A stretch of DNA of 64,000 nt. Source: an uncultured virus (IMG/VR IMGVR_UViG_3300017971_006749) (Duplodnaviria > Heunggongvirae > Uroviricota > Caudoviricetes). The DNA lies in the IMG/VR virus record IMGVR_UViG_3300017971_006749. One strand, written 5' to 3'. How positions within the stretch are numbered: the stretch's first letter is position 1; each line of letters starts with the position of its first letter. This document shows, in pieces, positions 8,577 to 19,338 of this stretch. The position numbers and the translations under genes were made by a program. Below the pieces are notes generated by a model. It saw nothing but the letters and a program-made list of their open reading frames with translations. It was not told the origin of the DNA and ran no database searches.

Positions 8577-10277
8577 TTATAGATAATCAGAAACTCCGCG
8601 AGGCCGTTCTCTCCGACCACTTCTGCCTTTACGAATACCAATAGCAGCTTTTTTCACTTCATCATAAGTCCTATCTGTGCCAGTATTTAGATGTGACTTA
8701 TCCTTTACTACGACAACACCTTCTAATAATTTATTTAATGATTCTATCTGCCCTCTTAGCCATGCCACCACTCCACGTCTGGCAGCCTCTACACAATGGT
8801 CGTCTTTCTTTATAGGCTTCTCACTTAAGCCGTTCTCAGGATAGGATAGTTTTTTTATCTCACTGATAAATACAGGGCAAGCACTGCTTATTATAAATTG
8901 TGGCTTTCCATCTACATTCTGCCTTAATAGATGCGATATAGCCATAATACCTTCTTGTATTTCACTTACTACAGGCTTAATAGGTATTCCTGCTTTCCTT
9001 ATCGTATCTATCTCCGTAGCACCAGCAGGGTCGCCAAATGTCATAAGAAATGCCGTATGCCGTCTGCCTTCCTTTAGATGTTCGATAATATCCGGCATAG
9101 ACATACCCGCTTGAACTAATTCATAATAGAATATAATCTGATCTCTTGGTGTGATAGCAAAATATAGGTCTACAAAAGGAGCAGAGAAACCAAAGTCTGT
9201 TGTTCTTGCCTTCTTCCATCCTGTCTCTATATGTATTTCCTGTGCAGGTACTATATGGAAATTTTCATTGAAATCAGGAAAGACTAAACCTGTCCGTGAA
9301 GGTCGTTTACAGAATAATTCCGCAGCTACATCCAGAATCTTTACCTGCCCTGTTGTCTCATCTGTCTCATAACCCTGTCGTATCTTCCGTTGGATATTCT
9401 CTACTGTATTATGACCCATCTTAGGATGTTCGCTAGGTAAGATAAGTCCCATAGATACCTGCCGCTTATGCTCTTCCCGTGCTATTGGCTGTAATTTTCT
9501 CTCACAGTAAGGGTCTATATTACAGTTATCGCAACGATAATCAAGGCAGGATTCCAATACTTCTAAAATACACGATATATAAAGTTTATAACCCTTGATC
9601 TCGGCATTATCTACCCAATAGGACATCAATTGCCCTACTTTGTGCATGGTAGACATTAACGAATTAGTTCCTTTATGTCCATGCTGGTCTGTAGTCTGCT
9701 CTAATGCTGAATTGAGTATATCTACTTCCATCTCGTCTATCTCATCGGCAAATAAAGCATTTGGATGTGGCCCTCTCTGAGCTTTGGTAGACGATGTGGT
9801 AATCTCATACATAGAGCCATTAAGAAATTCTGTATAAGTCTTTAATGGCTCTTTTCTTAATACAGCCCTACCACTTATATCATCAGTAGCTCGCCAGAAC
9901 ATATCAGCAGCCTTATATACTCTCCCTGCTTGAGCGGCAGAGCCAGCACATATATTAGCCTCCCATACCTGCTTGTATCTAGCCTTTAGCCAACATAATA
10001 GAGCAGCATCGAAACTCTTACCCCAGATACGGGCAGCCCATAATAATGAATCCAGTACATGCTCATAATAATTATCTGTGACATACTCTAAAGGACTGCA
10101 ATGCCCCGAACATACCGACCTATTAGGCAGCCATACTCCCAGAACTACCCATAGCCATTCCTGAAAGTCCTTCTCAGATGGTGGCCCGGCTATCAATAGC
10201 TCTGTTCTATTCTGCTTTATTTCCATCGCCTTCATCTGTTTTTCCGATAAGACGACTGGTTCTACGGAGGATGTCAT
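8577..10277 (-). CDS. Terminase large subunit
   Basis: Walker A-like AARIWGKS, RG..LFADEIDE Walker B, nuclease TDFGFSAP and KKDDHCVEA. Confidence 0.88.
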   Translation of the reverse strand: MTSSVEPVVLSEKQMKAMEIKQNRTELLIAGPPSEKDFQEWLWVVLGVWLPNRSVCSGHCSPLEYVTDNYYEHVLDSLLWAARIWGKSFDAALLCWLKARYKQVWEANICAGSAAQAGRVYKAADMFWRATDDISGRAVLRKEPLKTYTEFLNGSMYEITTSSTKAQRGPHPNALFADEIDEMEVDILNSALEQTTDQHGHKGTNSLMSTMHKVGQLMSYWVDNAEIKGYKLYISCILEVLESCLDYRCDNCNIDPYCERKLQPIAREEHKRQVSMGLILPSEHPKMGHNTVENIQRKIRQGYETDETTGQVKILDVAAELFCKRPSRTGLVFPDFNENFHIVPAQEIHIETGWKKARTTDFGFSAPFVDLYFAITPRDQIIFYYELVQAGMSMPDIIEHLKEGRRHTAFLMTFGDPAGATEIDTIRKAGIPIKPVVSEIQEGIMAISHLLRQNVDGKPQFIISSACPVFISEIKKLSYPENGLSEKPIKKDDHCVEAARRGVVAWLRGQIESLNKLLEGVVVVKDKSHLNTGTDRTYDEVKKAAIGIRKGRSGRRERPRGVSDYL

Positions 10278-10752
10278 GTGGTCGTTTAACCTCTAACGTT
10301 ACCTTCATATCAGGCTCTTCTTCAGGCTGCTGTTCTCGGATGCCAAATAGTATATTGTATTCATCTATGGTAAATTCACTGGCTCGTAAAGCATCTACAG
10401 GCTTGACATCCACTTCTCCAGTATCAAGCTGCTGGTTATACTTAGCAATAGTTCCAAGCTGTGACTTCAATACCATCTTTCTCATTTCTACTATAGATGG
10501 TATATCAATTTTTCGTAAAGTTTCTCTGATAGTTTGCTTGTGTTTTTCTAAGTATGCCTCTCTTTTAGCCTTCCAATTACCTTTATCTGCATGTTCTTTT
10601 ACCGTTACTCGATTCTTTACCTTGAATTTTTTACCAAGCTCAGCATAACTCCACTCTATATTCTCGCCAGTGGCAGGATTCACCTTCCCTGCTATATACA
10701 ATTCTTCTATCAGTACCCAATCATATTTACTTCGACTGGACATGTTGTCCAC
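10207..10752 (-). CDS. Probable terminase small subunit
   Basis: N-terminal KYDW..IEELY...SYAELGKKF HTH and W..KR motif, directly upstream of terL. Confidence 0.7.
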   Translation of the reverse strand: MDNMSSRSKYDWVLIEELYIAGKVNPATGENIEWSYAELGKKFKVKNRVTVKEHADKGNWKAKREAYLEKHKQTIRETLRKIDIPSIVEMRKMVLKSQLGTIAKYNQQLDTGEVDVKPVDALRASEFTIDEYNILFGIREQQPEEEPDMKVTLEVKRPHDILRRTSRLIGKTDEGDGNKAE

Positions 10753-10819
10753 CTCTCATTTGTGTTTCTTTTCTCCATTTTAACTTTGGTGCTATCATTG
10801 AGAAAAATGCTCCCCATTA

Positions 10820-11479
10820 CTATTCAAGACTTTCAGTGGGTGTTAGAGACGATAAGACACATATTTTTTCTAGTATAAGCCCATTTTGGACTTCCTTGTG
10901 TACCTTAGGGTCGATCTCCAGCAGACCGCCAATACGGGCAAACTCTTCATCAATCACGTCCTTAGCCTCTATAGGGTATCGCAATGTCAACGTCTCCCAT
11001 TCTTCCGGTGGTTTATCTTCGCCAGTATCGCTAACATAATGGCCTTCCCAATCAAATTCAAGGCTGGCTATTATATCACTTATCTCATCATCAGGAATTG
11101 GCAGTTGTAGATCATCATATTGCTCAACCATATCCCGCAGCAATTCAGCATATCCGACAGAATTAAAAGGCACCTGTTGCTGATAAGCTATGGTAAGCTC
11201 TTTCGCTCTTTGCTCTGATACGTCTGGTCCTTCATTATATATTAAGAGTTTATGTTGACCTAACTCCTTCCAGCCCCGCCATCGCTGCTCGCCATCTATA
11301 ATCTCATAATGGCTATCCACCTCTCGAACAACGATAGGCTGCCGCAGTCCATTCTTTCTTAACGAGCTTACCACCTTCTGATATTCTGCTGTATCAATAT
11401 CTTTTGGATTCCATGAATTAGGCTCCACCTTCTCTATATCCACAACTCCTAAATTTTCGGGGTCAAATATTATCTCCAT
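10820..11479 (-). CDS. ParB/Srx N-terminal domain protein
   Basis: PNSWNP, SLRKNGLRQPIVVR, YEIIDGEQRW. Confidence 0.88.
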   Translation of the reverse strand: MEIIFDPENLGVVDIEKVEPNSWNPKDIDTAEYQKVVSSLRKNGLRQPIVVREVDSHYEIIDGEQRWRGWKELGQHKLLIYNEGPDVSEQRAKELTIAYQQQVPFNSVGYAELLRDMVEQYDDLQLPIPDDEISDIIASLEFDWEGHYVSDTGEDKPPEEWETLTLRYPIEAKDVIDEEFARIGGLLEIDPKVHKEVQNGLILEKICVLSSLTPTESLE

Positions 11480-12008
11480 TATTCACTCCACTATAGCATC
11501 CCAATCAATACCTCTTGCCTTCCATAATTGTGTATAATACTCTTCCATCTTACGATAGGCTATAATTGCAGCCTTTAGGCGGCTGTTTCTCGAAGAAGGG
11601 CCTGAGTCTAAACATCCATACACAGGCTCTCCTGATGCAGAGACTTGCAGTATTCGTGGAATAGCTCTTTTATTCACTTCGTCATGGCCGCCTTCACGTT
11701 TCAGAGGAAGCTGCCTGAGAGTATCATCTTGCCATGCTGTTAAATTACCATACTGAACTCCGGCTTTCCATGATGTGCTATCCACAGAATAGAATGGGTA
11801 TCTATCCAACATCCGCTTCTTAACACATCCGAACCCATGCAATCGAACCTTCTTCCGATAGGCCTGATGTATAATTGGCATATAGTTTAGCCGTTGCCTG
11901 TATATCCTATCCCCCTCAACAGCTACATATCGGCTTTCAGTCTCATCAAGCAATCTATCATAATCCAAAGATGTCATAACCTTTGGATGGTAGACAGTGA
12001 TACACTTA

Positions 12009-13078
12009 GAGCGTGTCTGAAAAGGTTGAAGAAACGAAAATAATGGTGTAAACTAATGGGTTATGGAAAGGAAACCATATCCCAGCGATCTGAACGATGC
12101 CGAATGGCAGATTATTAAGCCGTTGATACCACCGGCAAAACCAGGTGGTAGACCTCGCAAAACAGATATGCGAGAAGTGCTCAACGGCATATTCTATGAA
12201 TTGCGTGGCGGCTGTGCTTGGCGAATGCTTCCCCACGACTTGCCACCTTGGCAAACAGTCTATCACTACTTCCGTCAATGGAAAGGAGACGGAACCTGGG
12301 AACGCATGAATCAAACACTCCGTATAAAGTTGCGCATGGCCGATGGCCGAGAAGCTGAACCCAGCGCAGCAATAATGGACAGTCAGTCGGTAAAGACCAC
12401 TGATGTAAAAGGAATCCGGGGTTATGACGCAGCTAAACAAGTCAAAGGACGCAAGCGTCACATTCTGGTAGATACCATGGGATTGCTTCTGATGGTTCTT
12501 GTTCATGCCGGCAACATCCAGGAGCGAGATGGAGCCAAACTCCTTCTGAATAAGGCCAAAGGTTGCTTCACCCGTCTTTGTTTGATCTGGGCAGATGCTG
12601 GCTACAACGGTAAAGCGATGATAGACTGGGTCCGTAATACCCATGGCTGGATACTTGAGATTGTGAAGCGTGATAAAGGCGTCAAAGGCTTTCAAGTGTT
12701 ACCTCGTCGTTGGGTTGTGGAACGCACGTTCGCCTGGTTTGGTGACTATCGCCGATTGAGCAAGGATTACGAAGTACTGACTGAGACCAGCGAGGCTATG
12801 ATTTATGCTGCTATGGTCCGCTTGATGGTGCGTCGTCTGGCACTTAAGTCTGTTGAACCAAGAGCTAATTCACAGACAACATCTAAGGCAGCTGCATAGC
12901 TTTTCGCAATCTCAAACTTACTGCGTATTTATGACAGGACCAGTGTATTCCTATGTTGGGATACACTTCCATATGATGAGTATATAAGGATTCATCATCG
13001 GCAATATATCTTGACTCTTTAGAATTTAGCCAGTATATACTCGACTATTAGACCTCTACGGACTTCTCAAACACGCTC
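12009..13078 (+). mobile_element. IS5-family element (IS1031-like), 1070 bp
   Basis: Terminal IRs GAGCGTGTCTGAAAAG / CTTCTCAAACACGCTC; TTA target duplication at 12006-12008 and 13079-13081. Confidence 0.93.
12063..12899 (+). CDS. IS5 family transposase
   Basis: [48 protein letters not shown]. Confidence 0.96.
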   Translation: MERKPYPSDLNDAEWQIIKPLIPPAKPGGRPRKTDMREVLNGIFYELRGGCAWRMLPHDLPPWQTVYHYFRQWKGDGTWERMNQTLRIKLRMADGREAEPSAAIMDSQSVKTTDVKGIRGYDAAKQVKGRKRHILVDTMGLLLMVLVHAGNIQERDGAKLLLNKAKGCFTRLCLIWADAGYNGKAMIDWVRNTHGWILEIVKRDKGVKGFQVLPRRWVVERTFAWFGDYRRLSKDYEVLTETSEAMIYAAMVRLMVRRLALKSVEPRANSQTTSKAAA

Positions 13079-13486
13079 TTAGCAAAATATCCCTTCTCTT
13101 TTAATACTTCCCGCCACTTTCTCACAACTTCCTGCCCGACTAACTCACCGATATCAAGCTCTATATAATAATCTATTATTTCATAAACCTTATGCAGCCA
13201 TTGAAGAAACAGGCCAAAATAGCTCTCCGGGTCGTTATCTTCTTTTTTCTTTTTCACCCGGCCTGTGGTAGCTAATAAGGAATTATGCTCAGTAAAAAAA
13301 CTATGCGCGCCACTATCAACAATAAGGTGTGTGTCCGCTTTATCAAGCTCTTTGAGAAACAACTGCTGCTTATCACTGCTGCCATAGTAGTAACTCCAAA
13401 AGCCATGCCTGATCATCTTATCATCCAAAATCTCTTGATGGAGTGATGCCTTGGTAGTTTCTAAACCTGCAAGGTATATCCTCATA

Positions 13487-14518
13487 TCAAGCACCCATTA
13501 TATCAAGCATCTTATCAATATTCTCAGAATATCTGGCTGTATAAGACAAAAAAGTTTCAGTCATATCTAAAGCCCTTATGACCTTCTGAACTGCCTCATT
13601 AAACGTCTGGTACAAAAGCCGCCTATCGTTAACCAAAACATCCACATAGCTCAATTTGGCAGGGCATATCGGTATACAGCCTAATGCTAATCCTTCATTA
13701 AGAGCATATCCAAATGTCTCTTGATCTGCTGAAGAGAATAATACCTTTGCCCTTGCCAGTTCATCGTAATATTCTTGCTTGGTAAGTCCTGTCTTAGCTA
13801 CGATATGAGCAGGAAAGGTGAACCCAGGAATATTACTGGCTAATCGTTGTCTCGAAGTGGTCACTATACCTTCTACTGCTCTTCGTTTCTGTACTTCTTC
13901 TACAAGGTCAAAGAATATCTGTGGATTTTTCTCCTTATCTATCCTGTGTGGGAAAATTATTACCTGCTCTTTCTTGGTAACATTAGATTGGATGCTCTTA
14001 TGATCCCACACTAGCCCGGTATCATAAATATGGCTTAATCCTGTCCAGCCTTGAAGAAGCTCTTTATGGTATCTACTACCAACAAATACATAGTCAGCTA
14101 GAGTAAGCCAGCCCATTTCATTATGCCGCGCCCATTGCCTCATCTTATGGGTGAAATCATTAGGGTCAAAGACTCCCGCATAATGGACACCGGCAATTAC
14201 AATGCTAAGACCAAGCTGACTTTCCATATATCGCAACATCTCAATTCCGGGAAACCAGAGGTCAGCTATAAAGAATATGTCGCCATCGGATACCTTGTCA
14301 TCATGGAATAGTTGGCACAATTTCTGTAACTGTATCGCCTTATAGTAATTCGTACCTACGGCATCCAAAACTTCGCCATGTGTTATGCCCTTAGTCAATG
14401 GCTCGCCAGCTACCACAGTGTAAGGCACATCACATCGCTGGAATCCATCTATGACCCACTTATACATCTGGGCAGTATATCTCTCTTCTAGCGGCTCTAA
14501 TGGCACATACCACAACAT
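13487..14518 (-). CDS. GT-B (GT4-like) glycosyltransferase within the deazaguanine cluster
   Basis: FPHRIDKEKNP and QETFGYALNE (EX7E); PLEPLEERYT N-terminus. Confidence 0.8.
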   Translation of the reverse strand: MLWYVPLEPLEERYTAQMYKWVIDGFQRCDVPYTVVAGEPLTKGITHGEVLDAVGTNYYKAIQLQKLCQLFHDDKVSDGDIFFIADLWFPGIEMLRYMESQLGLSIVIAGVHYAGVFDPNDFTHKMRQWARHNEMGWLTLADYVFVGSRYHKELLQGWTGLSHIYDTGLVWDHKSIQSNVTKKEQVIIFPHRIDKEKNPQIFFDLVEEVQKRRAVEGIVTTSRQRLASNIPGFTFPAHIVAKTGLTKQEYYDELARAKVLFSSADQETFGYALNEGLALGCIPICPAKLSYVDVLVNDRRLLYQTFNEAVQKVIRALDMTETFLSYTARYSENIDKMLDIMGA

Positions 14519-14528
14519 TTTTCTTCTC

Positions 14529-15587
14529 CTATGACCATGGATCTATCAGCACTTTGCCACACTGTTTCGATGATTGTAATTCCCATGCTCGCTCAACCTG
14601 ACTCATAGGCAAAATATGAGTGACCATTTCATCAATCTCCGAGCGATTCTCCCGCATAATCTGCATCAGATGTTCATATCCTTTAAGGTTGTAATGCCAG
14701 ATACCATGTATTGATATACCTTTTAGATTTATCTGTGGAGTAACAACCGCTTCGATACTTCCGCCTTGTCCTATCAATGCTATCTCAGTCTGGATGCCAG
14801 CACAAGCTAAGGCTAAAGCTCTGCCACTCTCACTGCCCGAACATTCCAAAATATATCCCGGCCCTCCTGAGCTATCTATGACAACTTCTTTCACTTTAGA
14901 TTCTATATCAGCCTCGCCTGTCATAAAGACAATATCAGCACCAACACTCTTGGCTATCTCCCCCCGATATTCATGCTTCGCAATCGCTATGACGTTCTCA
15001 CCATAATGCTTGCCTAGGATTATAGCCCCTAATCCAACAGGCCCACAGCCAACGACCAAAGTGTACCCATTACCTGCTTTTAACATCCGCTGATATGCCC
15101 CATAAGCCGGGCCAAAACCGCATAAAGCCATCATAGCATACTTGAAATCAATATCATCGGGGATTCCTGTTAGAAGCCATGACGGCTTTAATAGATATTG
15201 AGCATAAGAGCCTGTGCCTATACTCGACCCTATCACATCTTCATACGAAAACCCATGAGGGCAAAAGATATAATCACCCGATTGACAAAATCTGCATTTA
15301 CCACATGATAATAACGGCTGTACAACGACCCTATCGCCTACCTCATAACCTTCCGAATGACTCTCTTCGATATAGCCAACTGCTTCATGTCCTAAAGAAC
15401 AACAATCTCCGCTAATGACACCACGATAAGGATATGTGAACTGCTCATTATTTATATACCCCTTATATTCAGTACATGCCCCCGCATATACAACTCGTAT
15501 CACCACGAGAGGCTCTTTAGGAACTGGCATAGCTTGATTGATTATCGTTACCTTATGATCAATAACTGCCGCTACCTTCATTGTCAC
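14529..15587 (-). CDS. Zn-dependent alcohol dehydrogenase (MDR family)
   Basis: GHEAVG, CGKCRFCQSGDYIFC, GCGPVG. Confidence 0.92.
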   Translation of the reverse strand: MTMKVAAVIDHKVTIINQAMPVPKEPLVVIRVVYAGACTEYKGYINNEQFTYPYRGVISGDCCSLGHEAVGYIEESHSEGYEVGDRVVVQPLLSCGKCRFCQSGDYIFCPHGFSYEDVIGSSIGTGSYAQYLLKPSWLLTGIPDDIDFKYAMMALCGFGPAYGAYQRMLKAGNGYTLVVGCGPVGLGAIILGKHYGENVIAIAKHEYRGEIAKSVGADIVFMTGEADIESKVKEVVIDSSGGPGYILECSGSESGRALALACAGIQTEIALIGQGGSIEAVVTPQINLKGISIHGIWHYNLKGYEHLMQIMRENRSEIDEMVTHILPMSQVERAWELQSSKQCGKVLIDPWS

Positions 15588-15814
15588 ATGACCTCATGTT
15601 CACCAAAATATACTTCTACCGGTCTATCGTAGCTACGATTCGCCCATATTATAGCATTAGATATTATTTTCATCACTATAGGGTTATCGTAGATACGATA
15701 TGACCTCATGTTCACCAAAATATACTTCTGCCGGTCTATCGTAGCTACGATTCGCCCATATTATAGCATTAGATATTATTTTCATCACTATAGGGTTATC
15801 GTAGATACGATATG
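15588..15814. repeat. 112 bp tandem duplication of the thuA 3' end
   Basis: Copies start at 15588 and 15700; one mismatch seen (ctacc/ctgcc); ATG microhomology at the junctions. Confidence 0.93.
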
Positions 15815-16418
15815 TGCCATGTCCCGGCCTGAAGTAAAAAATTCGCCCCCGACCCCTATTATAGGCACAACCACTACGGAATATCTCGCCTCCTGCAAAC
15901 CAGCTTATAAAAACTAGTTCATCAGGAGTGGGAATATCAAACCGTTCGCCATACATCTCGGCTTCAGGAATTTCTATATACTCAGGCAAATCTTGAGCTA
16001 CTGGATGAGCGGGATTGACAACCCAAATTCGCTCCATCTCAGCCCCATGCCGCCATTTAAGGTTACAGGTTGTACCCATTAACTGCTTGAATACCATAGA
16101 AAAATGTGACGAATGCAAAGCTACGAAGCCCATGCCATCTTCTAAAATTCTTCGTACTATTTTATCTACAATAACACGGTCAACCAATTCATGATCCATG
16201 TGCGCCCACCATACCAATACATCAACATCATCTAAAACGTGGTCAGGCAACCCATGATATGGCTGTTCCATAGTAGCCGTACTGACCAAGAGCCGGGCAT
16301 CAGGTAATAATTTCTCTGCTAAGGTGGTATGAACACCATCCGGGTAGACAGTAAGCATTTCTTTCGTACCTTCATCAACCCTGTTATCACACCATATCAT
16401 CGTCTTTATCGGCTGCAC
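15684..16418 (-). CDS. ThuA-like protein (class I GATase-like fold)
   Basis: VYPDG.H, DVLVWWAH, GFVALHSSHFS, EMYGERFDIP, IFYFRPGH. Confidence 0.88.
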   Translation of the reverse strand: MQPIKTMIWCDNRVDEGTKEMLTVYPDGVHTTLAEKLLPDARLLVSTATMEQPYHGLPDHVLDDVDVLVWWAHMDHELVDRVIVDKIVRRILEDGMGFVALHSSHFSMVFKQLMGTTCNLKWRHGAEMERIWVVNPAHPVAQDLPEYIEIPEAEMYGERFDIPTPDELVFISWFAGGEIFRSGCAYNRGRGRIFYFRPGHGTYRIYDNPIVMKIISNAIIWANRSYDRPAEVYFGEHEVISYLR

Positions 16419-16430
16419 ATCTAACTCCTT

Positions 16431-16763
16431 TCATGATTCAAGTAATGCTCCATTCTCTCCATCCTCGCTCACGTCAACCTTATATAGCCTATCGGTATAT
16501 CGTAGCTGAATTTCTTTCCCTATTGCCTCAGCTATCATCTCACAACTGCCTAAATCCTCCCTGTCTAAACGAGCTACCACGTCGCCTATAAGCCAATGAC
16601 GACATAATATATATTCAATATCCCTATCGTGGTGTAGCTGCTCAATATGAACCTTACAATGGAAGATATGCCTATGCTTAAAACGTAAGAATGCCACTTC
16701 ATCAGGAGCATTTAGCCATCTGTGATAGCCCTCAAACTGAAATGTGGTATATGCCCATAGCAT
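16431..16763 (-). CDS. dpdL: QueD paralog (T-fold), DpdL-like candidate CDG decarboxylase
   Basis: LRFKHRHIF fits the LxxxHRHxF signature recalled for DpdL; also SCEMIAE and VSEDGENGA. Confidence 0.65.
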   Translation of the reverse strand: MLWAYTTFQFEGYHRWLNAPDEVAFLRFKHRHIFHCKVHIEQLHHDRDIEYILCRHWLIGDVVARLDREDLGSCEMIAEAIGKEIQLRYTDRLYKVDVSEDGENGALLES

Positions 16764-16767
16764 AAGT

Positions 16768-17406
16768 CTAACCTATTAGGTGCATTAGTTCCTGACGAGC
16801 ATTAAGGTCATTAAAGAAAGCCCCCAATAACTTGCTCGTCTTAGTAATAGCTCCCGGTTTCCTTACTCCTCTTAATGTCATGCAAAGATGTTCTGCCTCG
16901 ATGATAACTGCCACTCCCTGAGGACTGGTCTTTTTCCATATATAATCAGCTATCTTACAGGTTAAGTCTTCCTGTATGGATAAGCCTAATGAAAAATGAT
17001 CAACAATTCTAGCCAGCTTCGATAATCCTAATAAATACTGGTTAGGGATGTAGGCCACATGAGCCTTACCAATATAGGGTAAAATGTGATGTTCGCATAT
17101 CGAAACCAAAGGAATATCCTTGCACAATATCAACTGGTCATACGATTCTCCATTACTAAAGAATGCCATAGAGAAAGCCTGTCTTTGTCTGAATTCTTCC
17201 CACATTCTAGCTACTCTATCAGGAGTATTCTTTAGTCCTTCCCTATCAGGATTCTCGCCAATACCTTCAAGAAATAAACGTATACTTCTTCTTATCTTAT
17301 CCTTATCAATATCCTGATCGGATGGCTGTACTATCTTAGGCCTAGTATCTTGTGTAGCTGTAGGCTCAGTCGCCAGCCCGGATGTTTTAATATCTTCTGC
17401 ACACAT
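16768..17406 (-). CDS. folE: GTP cyclohydrolase I
   Basis: [37 protein letters not shown]. Confidence 0.95.
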   Translation of the reverse strand: MCAEDIKTSGLATEPTATQDTRPKIVQPSDQDIDKDKIRRSIRLFLEGIGENPDREGLKNTPDRVARMWEEFRQRQAFSMAFFSNGESYDQLILCKDIPLVSICEHHILPYIGKAHVAYIPNQYLLGLSKLARIVDHFSLGLSIQEDLTCKIADYIWKKTSPQGVAVIIEAEHLCMTLRGVRKPGAITKTSKLLGAFFNDLNARQELMHLIG

Positions 17407-17891
17407 AATCTGGCTATCTCCAAATCGTTATCACATGGCTGTAAGTAAACTCCTGCTTCATACTCAATTCTATTAAAGTCTGATTCATTTTGTATGATGT
17501 ATTTCCACTCGTTTGCTATAGCTCTATTACCTATCTCTATCTCATGGCCTTTCTTAGGGCTTACTGTGATATGGTCAAATCCATCAGGTATAGGTAGTAT
17601 ACCATTAGTTTCTATAGATAATAAAAAATGACTGGCCTTTAGTTCGCTTATCAAAGGCTCAATCATCTGTATGGTAGGCTCTCCACCCGTTAGGCATATC
17701 CATGGTAGCTCGTATGATAGACACTGTTCGACTATTTGGCTTTCTGTCATTAAATTATAATTGGTATGATATTTGGTATCACACCACTCGCATTTTAGAT
17801 TGCAGCCCGATAGCCTTACGAAAATCATCGCCTGTCCTGCTTTAGCTCCTTCTCCCTGTATACTGGCAAATATTTCGTTTACCTTCAGCAT
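17331..17891 (-). CDS. queE: 7-carboxy-7-deazaguanine synthase (radical SAM)
   Basis: [36 protein letters not shown]. Confidence 0.95.
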   Translation of the reverse strand: MLKVNEIFASIQGEGAKAGQAMIFVRLSGCNLKCEWCDTKYHTNYNLMTESQIVEQCLSYELPWICLTGGEPTIQMIEPLISELKASHFLLSIETNGILPIPDGFDHITVSPKKGHEIEIGNRAIANEWKYIIQNESDFNRIEYEAGVYLQPCDNDLEIARLCVQKILKHPGWRLSLQLHKILGLR

Positions 17892-18274
17892 GGCCGTTGT
17901 CCTCTTATATCACAATGGAATCCCCATGAATATCGTAATATCAACGGGAATTCATCATGAGCTATCTCGTATAATATATCCAAACCATTCATGTCCTGTG
18001 GAGCTATATCTACAGCATGACCATTGAGATGATATGAATCCCGTTTCCCACCTACAGCTATATTATGAGGTATACACCTAGTCCAAGACTTGATTATAAT
18101 AGGCCTTCCATATCGGACTCTAACACGAAAAATACATTCTAGCAATTCAGGTACTAATATTACAAGGCCACAGTCATGCCATACTTTGTAATCATCCTTC
18201 TGTTCCCATCCATGACACCGTATCTCAGCTAAGGAAAAATTGTCTATAGGTTTAGCTATCCAGTTTATAGCCAT
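17885..18274 (-). CDS. Peptidase M15 family protein (candidate endolysin)
   Basis: PIIIKSWTRC..HN.AVGG..DSYHL.GHAVDI...FHCDIR. Confidence 0.85.
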   Translation of the reverse strand: MAINWIAKPIDNFSLAEIRCHGWEQKDDYKVWHDCGLVILVPELLECIFRVRVRYGRPIIIKSWTRCIPHNIAVGGKRDSYHLNGHAVDIAPQDMNGLDILYEIAHDEFPLILRYSWGFHCDIRGQRPC

Positions 18275-18842
18275 ATCTTACTGCCATTTCCTTGATATAT
18301 TTAGTTAATTCATTATCACGAAATTCTAACTCATGCCATGATAAAGCTCTGAAATGACCCTTACGAGTATGAGTATTTCTGGGTATATTCGGTATTGGTT
18401 GATTCTTAATGCCTATCATATTACACAGCTTAGGCCATTCTGTATCTATATCCTCTACACGATAACGATAATCAGCATATTGTTCTATATGGCTATTTAA
18501 CACCAGCCAGAGTTTCATTACTGAATAGAGCTTGCCATATATTCTTGGATTGATGCCTGTATAATCTACCAGATAAGGCCATGACTTATCTATGACCTGC
18601 ATGGAAGCTATTGTTTTGAGCGGATCACGTATCTGATGAATAAGAAGCCCCTGTTTACATATAGCTGAATGAGGTATGATATGAAATGCTGATATACCTC
18701 GCTCTCCAAAAGCTTCATGCTTTACGTCTATCCCTACAGCTTGCAGGACATGAGCTATATACTGAGTTCCTGATCGTGGAGTCGCTGCTATGAATATATA
18801 CCCCTTCTTATCATAAGGCTGTATATTGAAATCATTTCTCAT
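18252..18842 (-). CDS. Sulfotransferase-like P-loop protein
   Basis: ATPRSGT PAPS-binding motif, IRDPLKTIAS, YRVED. Confidence 0.75.
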   Translation of the reverse strand: MRNDFNIQPYDKKGYIFIAATPRSGTQYIAHVLQAVGIDVKHEAFGERGISAFHIIPHSAICKQGLLIHQIRDPLKTIASMQVIDKSWPYLVDYTGINPRIYGKLYSVMKLWLVLNSHIEQYADYRYRVEDIDTEWPKLCNMIGIKNQPIPNIPRNTHTRKGHFRALSWHELEFRDNELTKYIKEMAVRYGYKLDS

Positions 18843-19338
18843 AATATATATCTAACAGATGTCTGTCTCTCCCTTTATTATCCAGCCCATAGCCATAGAC
18901 AAAATGGTCGTCAATATCTATTCCAACATAAGGACAGAATATAGAGAATTGCCTGTTGACTATCTTACTAAGTAAAACACACCACGTTATTGATTTAGCC
19001 TTCTTCATTCTTAATGCAGCACTGATAAATTTAGCAGTAGCTCCTGTATCTATAATATCATCTACTACTATTACATGCCTACCTGTAACATCAATACGAG
19101 CTTGCCATATCCACTGAACTTCATCGGCTGTCTGTCTGTCTCCATAACTACTTACCTTCACAAAATCTAGCTGATGAAGAATACCAAGCTGCCTCACTAA
19201 ATCACTGAAAAACATGAAGCCGCCATTTAATACACATAAGATAATAGGATCGGTATCGGCATAATCCTCATTGATAGATTGTGCTAATCTTGTTACGGCT
19301 CTTGCTATCTCATCATGCGCTATCAGTAAATTCGGCAT
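18832..19338 (-). CDS. hpt: Hypoxanthine/guanine phosphoribosyltransferase
   Basis: CVLNGGFMF, VSSY, VVDDIIDTG, FVYGYGLD. Confidence 0.92.
   Translation of the reverse strand: MPNLLIAHDEIARAVTRLAQSINEDYADTDPIILCVLNGGFMFFSDLVRQLGILHQLDFVKVSSYGDRQTADEVQWIWQARIDVTGRHVIVVDDIIDTGATAKFISAALRMKKAKSITWCVLLSKIVNRQFSIFCPYVGIDIDDHFVYGYGLDNKGRDRHLLDIYYEK

Larger units (their letters stand above)
11483..13494 (-). pseudogene. dpdA: DpdA-like DNA transglycosylase (TGT fold) split by an IS5 insertion
   Basis: 5' part has IYLAG and LIVDSGAHSF; 3' part has LHGFG and PFYSVDSTSW. Removing the IS and one TTA restores one frame (...KGYFAKCITVYHPKVMTSL...). Confidence 0.8.

Noticed and set aside
12006..12695. 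Minus-strand 229 aa and 63 aa ORFs in the IS
   Set aside because: Antisense shadows of the IS5 transposase
15588..15814. Near-identical repeat pair as DGR template and variable repeats
   Set aside because: Directly tandem, only one mismatch, and no reverse transcriptase
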